Assembly: GCA_022844165.1 (NCBI GenBank) | Contig: JALHMH010000002.1 | Span: 160,001 to 224,000, forward strand | Source of the DNA: Lysobacterales bacterium | GTDB taxonomy: Bacteria > Pseudomonadota > Gammaproteobacteria > Xanthomonadales > SZUA-5 | Reading direction: 5' to 3' | DNA length: 64,000 nt | Shown here: piece after piece, positions 10,069-20,371 of the stretch | Layout: each line of letters begins with the position of its first letter | How positions within the stretch are numbered: position 1 is the stretch's first letter | Position numbers and translations under genes: made by a program | The notes under the pieces: model-generated | What the model was told of the DNA's origin: nothing | Seen by the model: the letters and a program-made list of their open reading frames with translations, nothing else | Database searches by the model: none

Positions 10069-10938
10069 CTATCCGTCGTATCGGAAATTGAAAGTGAGAG
10101 ATGACTGAAAGACGTCTTCGAAACCGGCGTACGGCAAGGGGCTTGCGCGTTCGACGGCTTCGACGATGGACTGTTGGATGAGTGGATCGTTGACGCATGG
10201 CGAAGCGATCGTCACGCTGATCACGTCGCCGCCCGGGATCTGGCGCACCCGCAAGGTGCAGCGGATGCCGGGCGGCGTGTTCAAGGGCCGGCGCCAGTTT
10301 TGTTCGACGACCTGCTGGATCATGCCGGCGTATTGGTTCAGCAGGTTCGATTCGACATCCTCACCGCGCGGTGGTGCTGCAGCAGGTTCCGCGGTCGGCG
10401 CCGGTTCCGACGCCTGATTGAGAATGTCGCGCGCCCGCGCTGCATCAAGCTGCTGCAAACGCTGCTCTTCGACCTTCTGTTGCTGCGACAACTGCTCGCG
10501 CTCTTTGCGGATACGCTCCAGCTGCTCCATGCGCTCGATTTCGCGCTGCTGTTCGGCGCGAAGGCGCTCCTGTTGTTCCGCCAATCGCTGCCGTTCGCGT
10601 TCCAGACTCAGCGCGTTTTCATCCGGCACCGTCGGCAACACTGGACGCTGGTCGGTCACCGGCTCGGGTTCCGGAGCGGCTTGTTGTTGCGGCGGCGGTG
10701 GAGGCGGTACGGGCTTAGGCTCCGGTTTTGGCGCGGGTGCCGGCTGCGCTCTGGGCGGCGGTGAGGGCAGCGTGCGGGTCAGGCTCATGTCGATCAGCAC
10801 GGCGTCCATCGGTGCGCCTGCGATCACCGGCTTCTCTGGTGGATTGAGTACCAGCCCGATGAACAACAACGAGACGGCGGCAAGATGCACGCCGATCGCA
10901 TACATCAACGCTCGCGTCTGATCGGCGCGAGTCTCCAT
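10069..10938 (-). CDS. tolA: TolA
   Basis: N-terminal TM helix with His, Pro-rich and coiled-coil middle, TonB_2-type C-terminal domain; between tolR and tolB. Confidence 0.9.
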   Translation of the reverse strand: METRADQTRALMYAIGVHLAAVSLLFIGLVLNPPEKPVIAGAPMDAVLIDMSLTRTLPSPPPRAQPAPAPKPEPKPVPPPPPPQQQAAPEPEPVTDQRPVLPTVPDENALSLERERQRLAEQQERLRAEQQREIERMEQLERIRKEREQLSQQQKVEEQRLQQLDAARARDILNQASEPAPTAEPAAAPPRGEDVESNLLNQYAGMIQQVVEQNWRRPLNTPPGIRCTLRVRQIPGGDVISVTIASPCVNDPLIQQSIVEAVERASPLPYAGFEDVFQSSLTFNFRYDG

Positions 10939-10941
10939 CGC

Positions 10942-11364
10942 CTACTTGCGCTCCTGCGGCAGCGGATCGGCCATCAGTCCAACGCGCGGCACCTGCGCTT
11001 GTTGTAGCGCCACGATGGCCTCGTACACCCGACCATAGTCGACACCGCGATCGCCGCCGACCAGCACTGGAACCTTCGGATTATTGTTGACGATGGCGCG
11101 CACGGTCTCGACCAAAGCGGTGGGGTCCGTCGGCTCGCGCTCGCCACCGATCGTGATGAACATCGCACCCTCGCGATCGACGCTGACGACGATGGGATCG
11201 TCGTCGGTCTCGAGCGGATTGGCATTCGCTTGCGGCAGATCCAACTCGACGCCTAAGTTCATCAGCGGCGCCGTCACCATAAAAATGATGAGCAGCACCA
11301 GCATCACGTCGATATACGGAACGACGTTGATCTCAGAGACGGGTTTGCGGCGTTTGCGTTTCAT
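10942..11364 (-). CDS. tolR: TolR
   Basis: EINVVPYIDVMLVLLIIFMVTAP. Confidence 0.96.
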   Translation of the reverse strand: MKRKRRKPVSEINVVPYIDVMLVLLIIFMVTAPLMNLGVELDLPQANANPLETDDDPIVVSVDREGAMFITIGGEREPTDPTALVETVRAIVNNNPKVPVLVGGDRGVDYGRVYEAIVALQQAQVPRVGLMADPLPQERK

Positions 11365-11451
11365 CTAATGACGCGCCTTATCGTTCTCATTTGTTGGCGA
11401 AGTTCGAACGTCTATTGGTTGCCCGGTCGACCGTCGCGACGGATTGCCGCC

Positions 11452-12135
11452 TCAATGTTCATCCACATGCGCTTGACGTTGCAGGATGCTGCTAAATTCC
11501 TCCTGAAAGGTGTCGTAACGAAGTTCGATTCGTTCAACGGCATTCGAGAAGCGGTTATAGAAAATGACAGCCGGGATGGCGGCGAAAAGACCCATGGCGG
11601 TGGCGATCAGCGCTTCCGAGATGCCCGGCGCGACCATCGCGATTGTCGCTTCTTTGACATTCGCCAGGCCGTGGAAAGCCACCATGATTCCCCAGACCGT
11701 GCCGAACAGGCCCACGTAAGGGCTGATCGAGCCGACGGTAGCGAGATTGCCCAGGTTCTCTTCGAGCCGATCGACCTCGCGGCTCAAGGCCACGCGCATC
11801 GCGCGTTGGCTGCCCTCGATCAATGTGCGGCCATCGATCTGGCGGCGCTGGCGCAGGCGCGCGAATTCGCGGAAGCCAGCTTCGAAAACGCCTTCCAATC
11901 CTTCGCTGGTCTTGCCGCGGTTGCTGACTTCGCGATATAGCTGTGCCAGATCGGCGCCGGACCAGAAACGCTCTTCGAATTCGGCGGCGGTTTTTTGCGC
12001 GTTGGCAATGATCTTCTTCTTGCGGAAGATGATCCACCACGACCACACCGATGCGCCAGCCAGCAGCAGCATGACCACTTGTACGGGAATGCTGGCCTTG
12101 AGGATCAGTTCCAGCAGATTCAAATCGCCGCTCAT
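11452..12135 (-). CDS. tolQ: TolQ
   Basis: Start MSGDLNLL overlapping the ybgC stop; SPYVGLFGTVWGIM, APGISEALIATAMGLFAAIPA. Confidence 0.96.
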   Translation of the reverse strand: MSGDLNLLELILKASIPVQVVMLLLAGASVWSWWIIFRKKKIIANAQKTAAEFEERFWSGADLAQLYREVSNRGKTSEGLEGVFEAGFREFARLRQRRQIDGRTLIEGSQRAMRVALSREVDRLEENLGNLATVGSISPYVGLFGTVWGIMVAFHGLANVKEATIAMVAPGISEALIATAMGLFAAIPAVIFYNRFSNAVERIELRYDTFQEEFSSILQRQAHVDEH

Positions 12136-12539
12136 AACTTTGCCATCTCCAGATAAATCTCTTGCGGAATCGGTATCGGCCTGAAACGCTCCGCATCCAG
12201 GCATGCGATCTGCGCTTCGCCGCTGCACAACAAGGTGCCATCGCGTTGATCGAGCACACGCTGCGACACAGTGAAACTGGCGCGGCGCAGGATCAGATTC
12301 TCGACGGTGGTATCGAGCGAGTCGTCAAGCCGCGCCGGCTTCTGAAACTTCAACTGCATGGCATACACCGCAAACACCACACCGGATTTTTGCAGTGCGC
12401 TCTGGTTGAATCCCAGGCGCCGCAGCCATTCGCTGCGCGCGCGCTCCAGAAAGCGCACGTAGTTGGCGTGGTAAACGATGCCGCCGCCATCGGTGTCTTC
12501 CCAATACACTCGCACGGGCCAGATGAACGGAGCGCTCAT
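12132..12539 (-). CDS. ybgC: Tol-Pal-associated acyl-CoA thioesterase YbgC
   Basis: [18 protein letters not shown]. Confidence 0.95.
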   Translation of the reverse strand: MSAPFIWPVRVYWEDTDGGGIVYHANYVRFLERARSEWLRRLGFNQSALQKSGVVFAVYAMQLKFQKPARLDDSLDTTVENLILRRASFTVSQRVLDQRDGTLLCSGEAQIACLDAERFRPIPIPQEIYLEMAKL

Positions 12540-13582
12540 GCGTCTTGCTCGCTGGAAAACAAATCCGGCAACGGGTCGGGCTTCTTCGGCGCCTTAAGGC
12601 CGAGATGCTGATAGGCCTTGTTGGTGACCACGCGACCTCGAGCCGTTCGCATCAAATAGCCCTGCTGGATCAAAAACGGTTCGACCACATCTTCGATGGT
12701 GCCACGTTCTTCGCTCAATGCGGCTGCCATGCTGTCGACACCCACCGGACCGCCATCGAAGTGTTCGATCATCAAGCTCAACAGACGTCGATCGAGCGCG
12801 TCGAAGCCGGCTGGATCGACTTTCAGCATGTCCATCGCCGCCGATGCTGCCGCCAGATCGATCACGCCCTGACCTTTGATTTCGGCGAAGTCGCGTGCGC
12901 GCCGCAACAGCCGGTTGGCGATGCGCGGTGTGCCGCGCGAGCGCCTTGCGATTTCCACAGCGCCCAGATGTTCGCACGGAATGGCCAGAATGTTCGCCGA
13001 GCGGCTCACGATATGCGTTAACTCTTCCACCGTGTAGAACTCCAGGCGTTGCACGATGCCAAATCGATCGCGCAGTGGCGCCGTGAGCAGGCCGGCGCGG
13101 GTCGTCGCGCCGATCAGGGTAAATGGCGGCAGATCGAGTTTGATCGAACGCGCTGCCGGACCATCGCCGATCATGATGTCGATCTGGAAGTCTTCCATGG
13201 CCGGATACAGCACTTCTTCCACAACCGGCGACAGTCGATGGATTTCATCGACGAACAACACGTCTTTGGGCTGCAGATTCGTCAGCAGTGCTGCGAGATC
13301 ACCTGGGCGCTCCAGGACTGGCCCGGAGGTCTGACGCAGATTGACGCCCAGCTCGTTGGCGATGACATTCGATAGCGTCGTCTTGCCCAGGCCAGGCGGG
13401 CCGAAGATCAGCACATGATCGAGCGCTTCGCTGCGTCGCCGCGCCGCCTCAATGTAGATGTGCATCTGCTCCTTGACCGAAACCTGACCTAAGTATTCCG
13501 CCAGACGCCGTGGACGAATGCTCGCCTCCAGCGCTTTGTCGTCGCTGGACTCGGCCGGGGAGATCAGGCGGTTTTCGGGCAT
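12536..13582 (-). CDS. ruvB: Holliday junction branch-migration helicase RuvB
   Basis: [33 protein letters not shown]. Confidence 0.98.
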   Translation of the reverse strand: MPENRLISPAESSDDKALEASIRPRRLAEYLGQVSVKEQMHIYIEAARRRSEALDHVLIFGPPGLGKTTLSNVIANELGVNLRQTSGPVLERPGDLAALLTNLQPKDVLFVDEIHRLSPVVEEVLYPAMEDFQIDIMIGDGPAARSIKLDLPPFTLIGATTRAGLLTAPLRDRFGIVQRLEFYTVEELTHIVSRSANILAIPCEHLGAVEIARRSRGTPRIANRLLRRARDFAEIKGQGVIDLAAASAAMDMLKVDPAGFDALDRRLLSLMIEHFDGGPVGVDSMAAALSEERGTIEDVVEPFLIQQGYLMRTARGRVVTNKAYQHLGLKAPKKPDPLPDLFSSEQDA

Positions 13583-13726
13583 TGGATTCCTGGTTGGCGT
13601 GGAGAGTGGTTAGTCGCTACAAAGCGGCGCGATTCTGAACGAGTGCGACATCCGATCCAACCTTTGCTTGCTGCGCTGTTACGACACGATTAGGCTGCGC
13701 GTCACTTTATTCAGATTTCATTCGCA

Positions 13727-14644
13727 ATGAGCCGAGTGACGTTGATAGGCGCGCCAACCGATGTTGGCGCAGCGGATCGTGGTGCCTCGATGGGTCCGGA
13801 AGCCCTGCGTGTGGCGGGCTTACGCGAGGCGCTCATCGCGCGCGGCTTGGATGTTGACGATCGCGGCAATCTTTTTGGGCCGATCAATCCGATGCAACCG
13901 CCGAGCGATGGTTATCGGCACCTGTACGAAGTGGTCGCATGGAATCAGGCGGTGTTCCAGGCCGTTGGCCAAACGCTGACCGAGGGTGGGTTGCCGGTAT
14001 TGATGGGCGGCGATCATTGTCTGGCGATCGGTTCGATCGGCGCCGTCGCAGCCCACTGCAAACGCGTCGGCAAGAAGTTGCGCGTGATCTGGCTCGATGC
14101 CCATGCCGACTTCAATACCAGCGAAATCACGCCCAGCGGTAATGTGCATGGTATGCCGGTCGCGTGCTTGTTCGGAATCGGTCCAGAAGCGCTGGTCAAT
14201 CTTGCCGGATTCGCGCCTATGCTGGCCCGCGATCAAATTCACCAGATCGGTATCCGTTCGGTCGACCCCGGGGAACGCAAGCTGGTACACGAGCAGCATG
14301 TGTCGATTTTCGACATGCGCCACATCGATGAAGTTGGGATGCGTGCCGTGATGCACGATGCACTGTCCGAACTCGATGACAACACCCATCTGCATGTCAG
14401 TTTCGATGTCGACTTTCTCGACCCGGAAATCGCGCCCGGTGTTGGCACGACGGTACCCGGTGGACCGAATTATCGGGAAGCGCAGCTGGTCATGGAGATG
14501 ATCGCCGATACTGGGCGCCTGGGTTCTCTGGATATCGTCGAGCTGAACCCCGCTTTCGACGATCACAACCGCACCGCCAAACTTGCGGTCGATCTGGTCG
14601 AAAGCCTGTTCGGCAAGTCCACATTGATGCGCGTTCGGCGCTGA
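13727..14644 (+). CDS. rocF: Arginase
   Basis: GGDH, DAHADFN, SGNVHGMP, SFDVDFLDP. Confidence 0.93.
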   Translation: MSRVTLIGAPTDVGAADRGASMGPEALRVAGLREALIARGLDVDDRGNLFGPINPMQPPSDGYRHLYEVVAWNQAVFQAVGQTLTEGGLPVLMGGDHCLAIGSIGAVAAHCKRVGKKLRVIWLDAHADFNTSEITPSGNVHGMPVACLFGIGPEALVNLAGFAPMLARDQIHQIGIRSVDPGERKLVHEQHVSIFDMRHIDEVGMRAVMHDALSELDDNTHLHVSFDVDFLDPEIAPGVGTTVPGGPNYREAQLVMEMIADTGRLGSLDIVELNPAFDDHNRTAKLAVDLVESLFGKSTLMRVRR

Positions 14645-14713
14645 CGTTTCGGGGCAATAACTCGGCGCACTCACGCTATAGTCTTGAGACCCTTTTCAGA
14701 GCGAGCGTCAAAC

Positions 14714-15628
14714 ATGAGCACCCCCGATTTCATCTGGTTCAACGGCAAGATGATCCCTTGGGCCGATGCCACTGTGCACGTGATGACGCATGCGATGCAC
14801 TACGGATCGAGTGTGTTCGAGGGCATACGCGCCTACAAAACACCGAAGGGCCCGGCGATCTTCCGCTATCGCGAACATATGAAGCGTCTGTACGCGTCTG
14901 CGGGCATCTACGATTTGGACATCAAATTCGATCTCGATACGCTGATGGCTGCGGGCAAAGAAGTTCTGCGGGTCAACAAGTTGATGGATGGCGCCTATCT
15001 GCGCCCGTTGGCGTGGCGCGGGGCAGGCGGCTTCGGCATCGGCGCCGATAATCCCATCGAGACGATGATCGCGGCGTGGGTCTGGGGCCCGTACCTGGGC
15101 GACCAGGCCGTGAAAGATGGCATCGATGCGTGTATCTCCAGTTGGCGCCGCGTCGCGCCAGCGACGCTCCCGGCGACCGCAAAGGCAGGCGGAAATTATC
15201 TGTCGAGCATTCTCGTGTCGCGTGAGGCTAAACGCCTGGGATTCCAGGAAGGCATCGCCTTGACGGTCGATGGTTATCTGGCGGAAGGCGCGGGTGAGAA
15301 CATCTTCTTGATCGTTGGCAAGACCATCTATACGCCGCCAATGGCCGCGTCGATTCTGCATGGCATTACCCGCGACACGGCCATGCGCATTGCGCAAGAG
15401 CAAGGTTACGAAATCCGCGAACAAAACCTGCCGCGCGAGATGATCTATTTGTGCGATGAGGTGTTCATGACCGGCACGGCCGCCGAAATCACGCCGATTC
15501 GCAGTGTCGATGGCAAGAAGGTCGGTAGCGGCCAGCCGGGGCCGGTGACACGCGCGATCCAGAAGCAGTTTTTTGGTCTTTTCGATGGCAGCGTCGAAGA
15601 CAAGAACGGCTGGCTCGATTACGTTTGA
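14714..15628 (+). CDS. ilvE: Branched-chain amino acid aminotransferase
   Basis: HYGSSVFEGIR, AKAGGNY, EGAGENIF, GITRD, TGTAAEITP. Confidence 0.95.
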   Translation: MSTPDFIWFNGKMIPWADATVHVMTHAMHYGSSVFEGIRAYKTPKGPAIFRYREHMKRLYASAGIYDLDIKFDLDTLMAAGKEVLRVNKLMDGAYLRPLAWRGAGGFGIGADNPIETMIAAWVWGPYLGDQAVKDGIDACISSWRRVAPATLPATAKAGGNYLSSILVSREAKRLGFQEGIALTVDGYLAEGAGENIFLIVGKTIYTPPMAASILHGITRDTAMRIAQEQGYEIREQNLPREMIYLCDEVFMTGTAAEITPIRSVDGKKVGSGQPGPVTRAIQKQFFGLFDGSVEDKNGWLDYV

Positions 15629-15750
15629 GCTGGCATAACCCGTTCCGAACGAAGGCCAAGGCCGGCCTTTGTTTGCGGCACGAGTGAACCCGCTCTGAGT
15701 TCCCCTCCCTCCCCCGAGATCGGCCTGACCGAAGCGCAACTCAAAAATCC

Positions 15751-16038
15751 ATGGCACTGCCTGCTTCCACGTTGCACCACATCGCGCAGCTATCGCGTCT
15801 GAAAATCGAGCCACAGCATGAGGCTGCGATGGCGGCTGAAATGGGCGCCGTACTGCAATTGTTCGAGCAGTTGGCGAAGGCGCCGGTCGACATGCTGGAG
15901 CCTTTGTCGCACCCCGGCGATCCAGCACTGCGGCTGCGCGCAGACGTCGTAACGGAAGTGGATCAACGAGCGAACTTCGAGCGCGTGGCGCCGTCGATGA
16001 TGGGCGGTTATTACCTGGTCCCGAAGGTGATCGAATGA
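15751..16038 (+). CDS. gatC: Asp/Glu-tRNA amidotransferase subunit C
   Basis: [21 protein letters not shown]; precedes gatA. Confidence 0.92.
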   Translation: MALPASTLHHIAQLSRLKIEPQHEAAMAAEMGAVLQLFEQLAKAPVDMLEPLSHPGDPALRLRADVVTEVDQRANFERVAPSMMGGYYLVPKVIE

Positions 16039-17477
16039 GTCTTGCTGCGCTGCTCGCAGGACTCGACAGTGGCGCGATGTCTGCGCGCGGAGCGACCGAA
16101 GATGCCTTGTCGCGAGCAAGCCGCGCGGCAGGTCTGAATGCGCTGATCACGCTGACCGCGGACGCAGCGCGCGCTGCCGCCGAGCGTGCCGACGCTGCTC
16201 GCGCGATGGGCGCACCAGGTGAGCTGCTTGGTGTTCCCTATGCGCACAAGGATCTTTTTTGCACGCTGGATGTGACGACGACTGCCGGCTCAAGAATGCT
16301 GGCGAAATTTGTCCCGCCCTATAGTGCGACGATTCACGAGAAGCTCGATGCCAGCGGTGCCGTGCTGATCGGCAAAGCGAACATGGATGAGTTCGCGATG
16401 GGCTCGTCGAACGAGCATTCCTACTTCGGTGCGGCCCGCAATCCCTGGGATCCTGATCGGGTTCCCGGCGGGTCGTCCGGCGGTTCGGCTGCCTTGGTTG
16501 CAGCGCGGATCGTGCCGTTTGCGACCGCCTCCGACACCGGCGGATCGATTCGGCAACCGGCGGCACTGTGTGGCGTGACGGGCATCAAACCCACTTACGG
16601 CCGGGTGTCGCGCTACGGCATGATCGCTTACGCGTCCAGTCTCGATCAGGCTGGGGTGATTGCCACCAGCGCCCACGATGCCGCGTTGGCACTCAGCGTG
16701 ATCGCCGGTTTCGATCCGCGCGATCCTACGAGTGTCGATGCGCCGCCCATCGATGTGTCTGACGCACTGTCGATGTCGCTCGCCGGTTTGCGCATCGGCA
16801 GGCCTCGGCAGTGGTGCGGCGAGGGAATCGACTCGGGCGTCGCAAACGCTGTGGACGCGGCATTGGCGATCTACGCCGAGCACGGTGCGCGCATTGTGGA
16901 TATCGACCTGCCCTCCAGCGAGCATGCGATAGCAGCCTATTACGTGATCGCACCAGCAGAGGCGTCGAGCAATCTGGCGCGCTTTGATGGCGTACGCTAT
17001 GGGCACCGTTGCGCCCACCCTAAGGATCTCGCCGATCTTTACACGCGTTCGCGCGAGGAGGGCTTTGGGCACGAAGTGCAAAAGCGCATCCTGACTGGCA
17101 CCTATGTGTTGAGCGCAGGTTATTACGAGGCCTACTATCACCGCGCACTGAAAGTCCGTCGTTTGATCGCAAACGACTTTGCGCGTGCGTTCAATGAGGT
17201 CGATCTGATAGCCGGTCCGACCAGTCCGTGCGTGGCGTTCAAGTTGGGCGAAAAACTGGCAGATCCTGTGGCGATGTATCTGGCCGATGTGAACACTGTG
17301 AGCGTCAATCTGGCTGGATTGCCGGCGCTGTCGATTCCCTGCGGATTCTCCGATGGTTTGCCGGTTGGGCTGCAACTGTGCGCACCCTGGTGGCAGGAGT
17401 CCCGCCTGATCGGCGCCGCGCACGCGTATCAGCGTGTGACCGATTGGCATCGCGCATTGCCGCCGGGCATCGCGTAA
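16035..17477 (+). CDS. gatA: Asp/Glu-tRNA amidotransferase subunit A
   Basis: Amidase signature [20 protein letters not shown]; [13 protein letters not shown]. Confidence 0.96.
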   Translation: MSLAALLAGLDSGAMSARGATEDALSRASRAAGLNALITLTADAARAAAERADAARAMGAPGELLGVPYAHKDLFCTLDVTTTAGSRMLAKFVPPYSATIHEKLDASGAVLIGKANMDEFAMGSSNEHSYFGAARNPWDPDRVPGGSSGGSAALVAARIVPFATASDTGGSIRQPAALCGVTGIKPTYGRVSRYGMIAYASSLDQAGVIATSAHDAALALSVIAGFDPRDPTSVDAPPIDVSDALSMSLAGLRIGRPRQWCGEGIDSGVANAVDAALAIYAEHGARIVDIDLPSSEHAIAAYYVIAPAEASSNLARFDGVRYGHRCAHPKDLADLYTRSREEGFGHEVQKRILTGTYVLSAGYYEAYYHRALKVRRLIANDFARAFNEVDLIAGPTSPCVAFKLGEKLADPVAMYLADVNTVSVNLAGLPALSIPCGFSDGLPVGLQLCAPWWQESRLIGAAHAYQRVTDWHRALPPGIA

Positions 17478-17527
17478 ACCCGCCAGTCGAAAGCGCCACC
17501 CACCACCAATGACTAACCACCAACCCA

Positions 17528-18949
17528 ATGCTCGCAACGATCGGCCTTGAAGTTCATGTGCAACTGAACACCGCCGCCAAGATCTTCTCTGGCGCCGCGA
17601 CCGCGTATGGCGCTGAGCCAAACGCGCAGGCCTGCGCGATCGATCTGGGCATGCCTGGCACTTTGCCGGTCATGAACGCGGCGGCGGTTCGTTTGGCGGT
17701 ACGCCTGGGGTTGGCGCTCGGATCGACCATTGCACCGCGCAGCATTTTTGCGCGCAAGAACTACTTTTACCCGGATTTGCCCAAGGGCTATCAGATCAGC
17801 CAGTTCGAAGCCCCGATTCTGATCGGGGGTGGTATCGACATCCGTGTTGGGCAAACGAACAAGCGCATCGAATTAACACGAGCGCATTTGGAAGAAGACG
17901 CGGGCAAGAGCGTGCACGATGCTTTCCATCGCGAGAGCGGTATTGATCTGAATCGTGCCGGTACACCACTACTGGAGGTCGTCAGCGAGCCGGTCATCGA
18001 GAGCGCCGCCGAAGCGGTGGCCTATCTGAAGGCGCTGCACACGCTCGTGCGATGGTTGGGTGTGTCCGACGGCAATATGCAGGAGGGTTCGTTCCGTTGC
18101 GATGCCAACGTGTCCGTGCGCAAACCGGGCGAAGCGCTCGGAACCCGCGCCGAAATCAAGAACGTCAACTCATTCCGCTTTGTTGAAAAGGCCATCGACT
18201 ACGAAATCGAGCGGCAAATCCGGATCATCGAATCCGGTGGCAAGGTGGTTCAGGAAACGCGCTTATATGATGCGCAGCGCGACGAAACGCGCAGCATGCG
18301 CGGCAAAGAATCGGCGCACGACTATCGCTATTTCCCCGATCCCGATCTGCCGCCGCTGATTCTGGATTCGGCGTTGATCGAGACCGAGCGCAGTCGCTTG
18401 CCGGAACTGCCGAACGCCCGCCGCGAGCGTTACCAAGAAGATCTGGGCTTGTCTGAGTACGACTCAGCGCAGCTGACGCAAGACCGAGCCTTGTCCGACG
18501 CATTCGAATCGGTCATCGCCGCGAGTGCTGCGCCGGCGAAACTGTGCGCGAACTGGGTGTTGTCCGACTGGCAGGGTGCGCTGAATGCAGCAAACCTGAC
18601 GATCGATCAGTCGCCGTTGTCCGCGGAGCGTTTAGGCGGGCTGGTGACGCGTGTGCACGATGGCAGCCTGTCGAGCAAGATGGCCAAACAAGTCTTCGAA
18701 GCGATGTTTGCTTCCGATGACAGTGCCGATGCGGCGATTGCACGACTGGGTCTGAAACAAGTCAACGACATTGATGCGCTCGCGGCGCATGTCGAGGCGG
18801 TGCTCACCGAGAACACGACGCAGGTTGCGCAATTCCAAGCCGGCAACCAGAAATTGCTGGCGTTCTTCGTGGGCCAGGTGATGAAGCGCACCCAAGGCCA
18901 GGCGAATCCGGCCCAGGTGACGGCGCTGCTGCGCGACCGCCTGGGTTGA
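17528..18949 (+). CDS. gatB: Asp/Glu-tRNA amidotransferase subunit B
   Basis: [43 protein letters not shown]. Confidence 0.97.
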   Translation: MLATIGLEVHVQLNTAAKIFSGAATAYGAEPNAQACAIDLGMPGTLPVMNAAAVRLAVRLGLALGSTIAPRSIFARKNYFYPDLPKGYQISQFEAPILIGGGIDIRVGQTNKRIELTRAHLEEDAGKSVHDAFHRESGIDLNRAGTPLLEVVSEPVIESAAEAVAYLKALHTLVRWLGVSDGNMQEGSFRCDANVSVRKPGEALGTRAEIKNVNSFRFVEKAIDYEIERQIRIIESGGKVVQETRLYDAQRDETRSMRGKESAHDYRYFPDPDLPPLILDSALIETERSRLPELPNARRERYQEDLGLSEYDSAQLTQDRALSDAFESVIAASAAPAKLCANWVLSDWQGALNAANLTIDQSPLSAERLGGLVTRVHDGSLSSKMAKQVFEAMFASDDSADAAIARLGLKQVNDIDALAAHVEAVLTENTTQVAQFQAGNQKLLAFFVGQVMKRTQGQANPAQVTALLRDRLG

Positions 18950-18975
18950 CCCCGTGCAGCACGCAAGCTGGTAGA

Positions 18976-18991
18976 GTGCAATCGTATACAG
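18976..18991 (-). promoter_or_regulatory. Candidate autoregulatory LacI operator
   Basis: GTGCAATCGTATACAG (reverse complement CTGTATACGATTGCAC) about 30 nt before the lacI-family start; matches 3226-3241. Confidence 0.65.
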
Positions 18992-19020
18992 TGCCGTTCG
19001 CGGCCAGCGGATAGATGCAC

Positions 19021-20049
19021 ATGAAGGGCAAGCCGACCTCATTCGATATCGCATACAAAGCCGGCGTGTCGCAGGCCACGGTGTCGCGTGCGCTGCGCGG
19101 CTCGCCGCTCGTCAGCATTGAGACCCGGCGGCGCATTCAGGCCATCGCCAAAGAGATCAACTACAAGGTCGACAAAAACGCATCGGCCTTGCGTCGGCAG
19201 CACTCCGAGACGATCGCCCTGCTGTTGTTTGAAGATCCCACCAGCGACGACTCGCTGATCAACCCGTTTTTTCTGTCGATGCTCGGTTCAATCACCCGCG
19301 CCAGCGCTCGACGCGGTTACGATCTGCTGGTCTCGTTCCAGCAGTTCTCCGACGATTGGCACGCGGATTTCCAGGACAGCCACAAGGCCGACGGCATCAT
19401 CATGCTCGGTTACGGCGACTACACCGAGGCCCTGCCGAAACTACAGCGTCTGGTCGAACAAGGAACGCACTGTGTCCGCTGGGGCGCCATCGTCGATGGT
19501 CAGCCGGACGTCTCCATTGGCTGCGACAACGTGCAGGGCGGTTATGCGATTACGCAGCATTTGATCGAAATGGGTCGACGCAAGATCGCCTTCGTCGGCG
19601 ATGTTTCGCCGAGTTGCCCGGAGTTCGCAGCGCGTTATCGCGGACACTGTCAGGCGCTCGAAGACGCAGGGATCGTTGTGTGCGCCGATTGGCAAGTCGA
19701 GGCCCGCGATTCCACGGAGCCGGTGGGTGCCGAAGCCGCGCGGGAATTGATGCATCGCGATGCGCCGATCGACGCCATTTTTGCGGCCAGCGACTTACTC
19801 GCCATTGGTGCCATGCGCGCGCTGAACGATCGCGGCGTGCGTGTGCCGGAGGATATTGCGGTGGTTGGTTTCGACGATGTGCCGATGTCTGCATTCGCCT
19901 CGCCGCCGCTTACCACAGTTGCACAGGACAGCAAGCGCGCCGGCGAGTTGCTCGTCGACACGCTCCTGCAGCAAATTCAAGGGCAGCCCACCGCTAGCCA
20001 GATGCTGCCGGCGCGCGTGGTTGTGCGTCGCTCGTGTGGCAGCCGCTGA
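19021..20049 (+). CDS. LacI-family regulator (probably maltodextrin utilisation)
   Basis: HTH TSFDIAYKAGVSQATVSRAL; VVGFDD, PPLTTV. Alternative start at 19015. Confidence 0.92.
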   Translation: MKGKPTSFDIAYKAGVSQATVSRALRGSPLVSIETRRRIQAIAKEINYKVDKNASALRRQHSETIALLLFEDPTSDDSLINPFFLSMLGSITRASARRGYDLLVSFQQFSDDWHADFQDSHKADGIIMLGYGDYTEALPKLQRLVEQGTHCVRWGAIVDGQPDVSIGCDNVQGGYAITQHLIEMGRRKIAFVGDVSPSCPEFAARYRGHCQALEDAGIVVCADWQVEARDSTEPVGAEAARELMHRDAPIDAIFAASDLLAIGAMRALNDRGVRVPEDIAVVGFDDVPMSAFASPPLTTVAQDSKRAGELLVDTLLQQIQGQPTASQMLPARVVVRRSCGSR

Positions 20050-20120
20050 TCTAGTGTGGTGTCACAAAAGTAAGGTGAACAATTTCCGCGCCTTTCGGCC
20101 CGAATGCTGCGTTGCTTTTA

Positions 20121-20186
20121 GCCCGTCGGCGCAGCCGCCGGTCGTTCGGTCGATCGCGCGGCATGCCGCGCAAGCCGATCGTCCTC
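20121..20186. repeat. Two-hairpin intergenic repeat, copy 1
   Basis: GCCCGTCGGCGCAGCCGCCGGTCGTTC + palindromic second stem + TCCTC; homologous to 20217-20288 and 38346-38415. Confidence 0.8.
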
Positions 20187-20216
20187 ACGGTCGCCATAGA
20201 AGAGCTATGTCGTCCG

Positions 20217-20288
20217 GCCCGGCGGCGCAGCCGCCGGTCGTTCAAGTCGGCTCGCGGCATGCCGCGAAAGCCACCGACTTTCATCCTC
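20217..20288. repeat. Two-hairpin intergenic repeat, copy 2
   Basis: GCCCGGCGGCGCAGCCGCCGGTCGTTC + AAGTCGG..CGCGGCATGCCGCG..CCGACTT + TCCTC. Confidence 0.8.
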
Positions 20289-20371
20289 GTCGCGCCTTGC
20301 CTGACGCCGAAATCCATCGGAAACATTGTTCAACTTAATGACGGAACACCACACTAGCGGCCGCCACCGGG

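Noticed and set aside
15751-18949. gatCAB as an unusual acquisition
   Set aside because: An intact, ordinary operon with composition like its flanks; its significance cannot be judged without knowing asnS/glnS status.
20121-20288. Mini CRISPR array
   Set aside because: Only two long, divergent units, no regular spacers and no cas genes.
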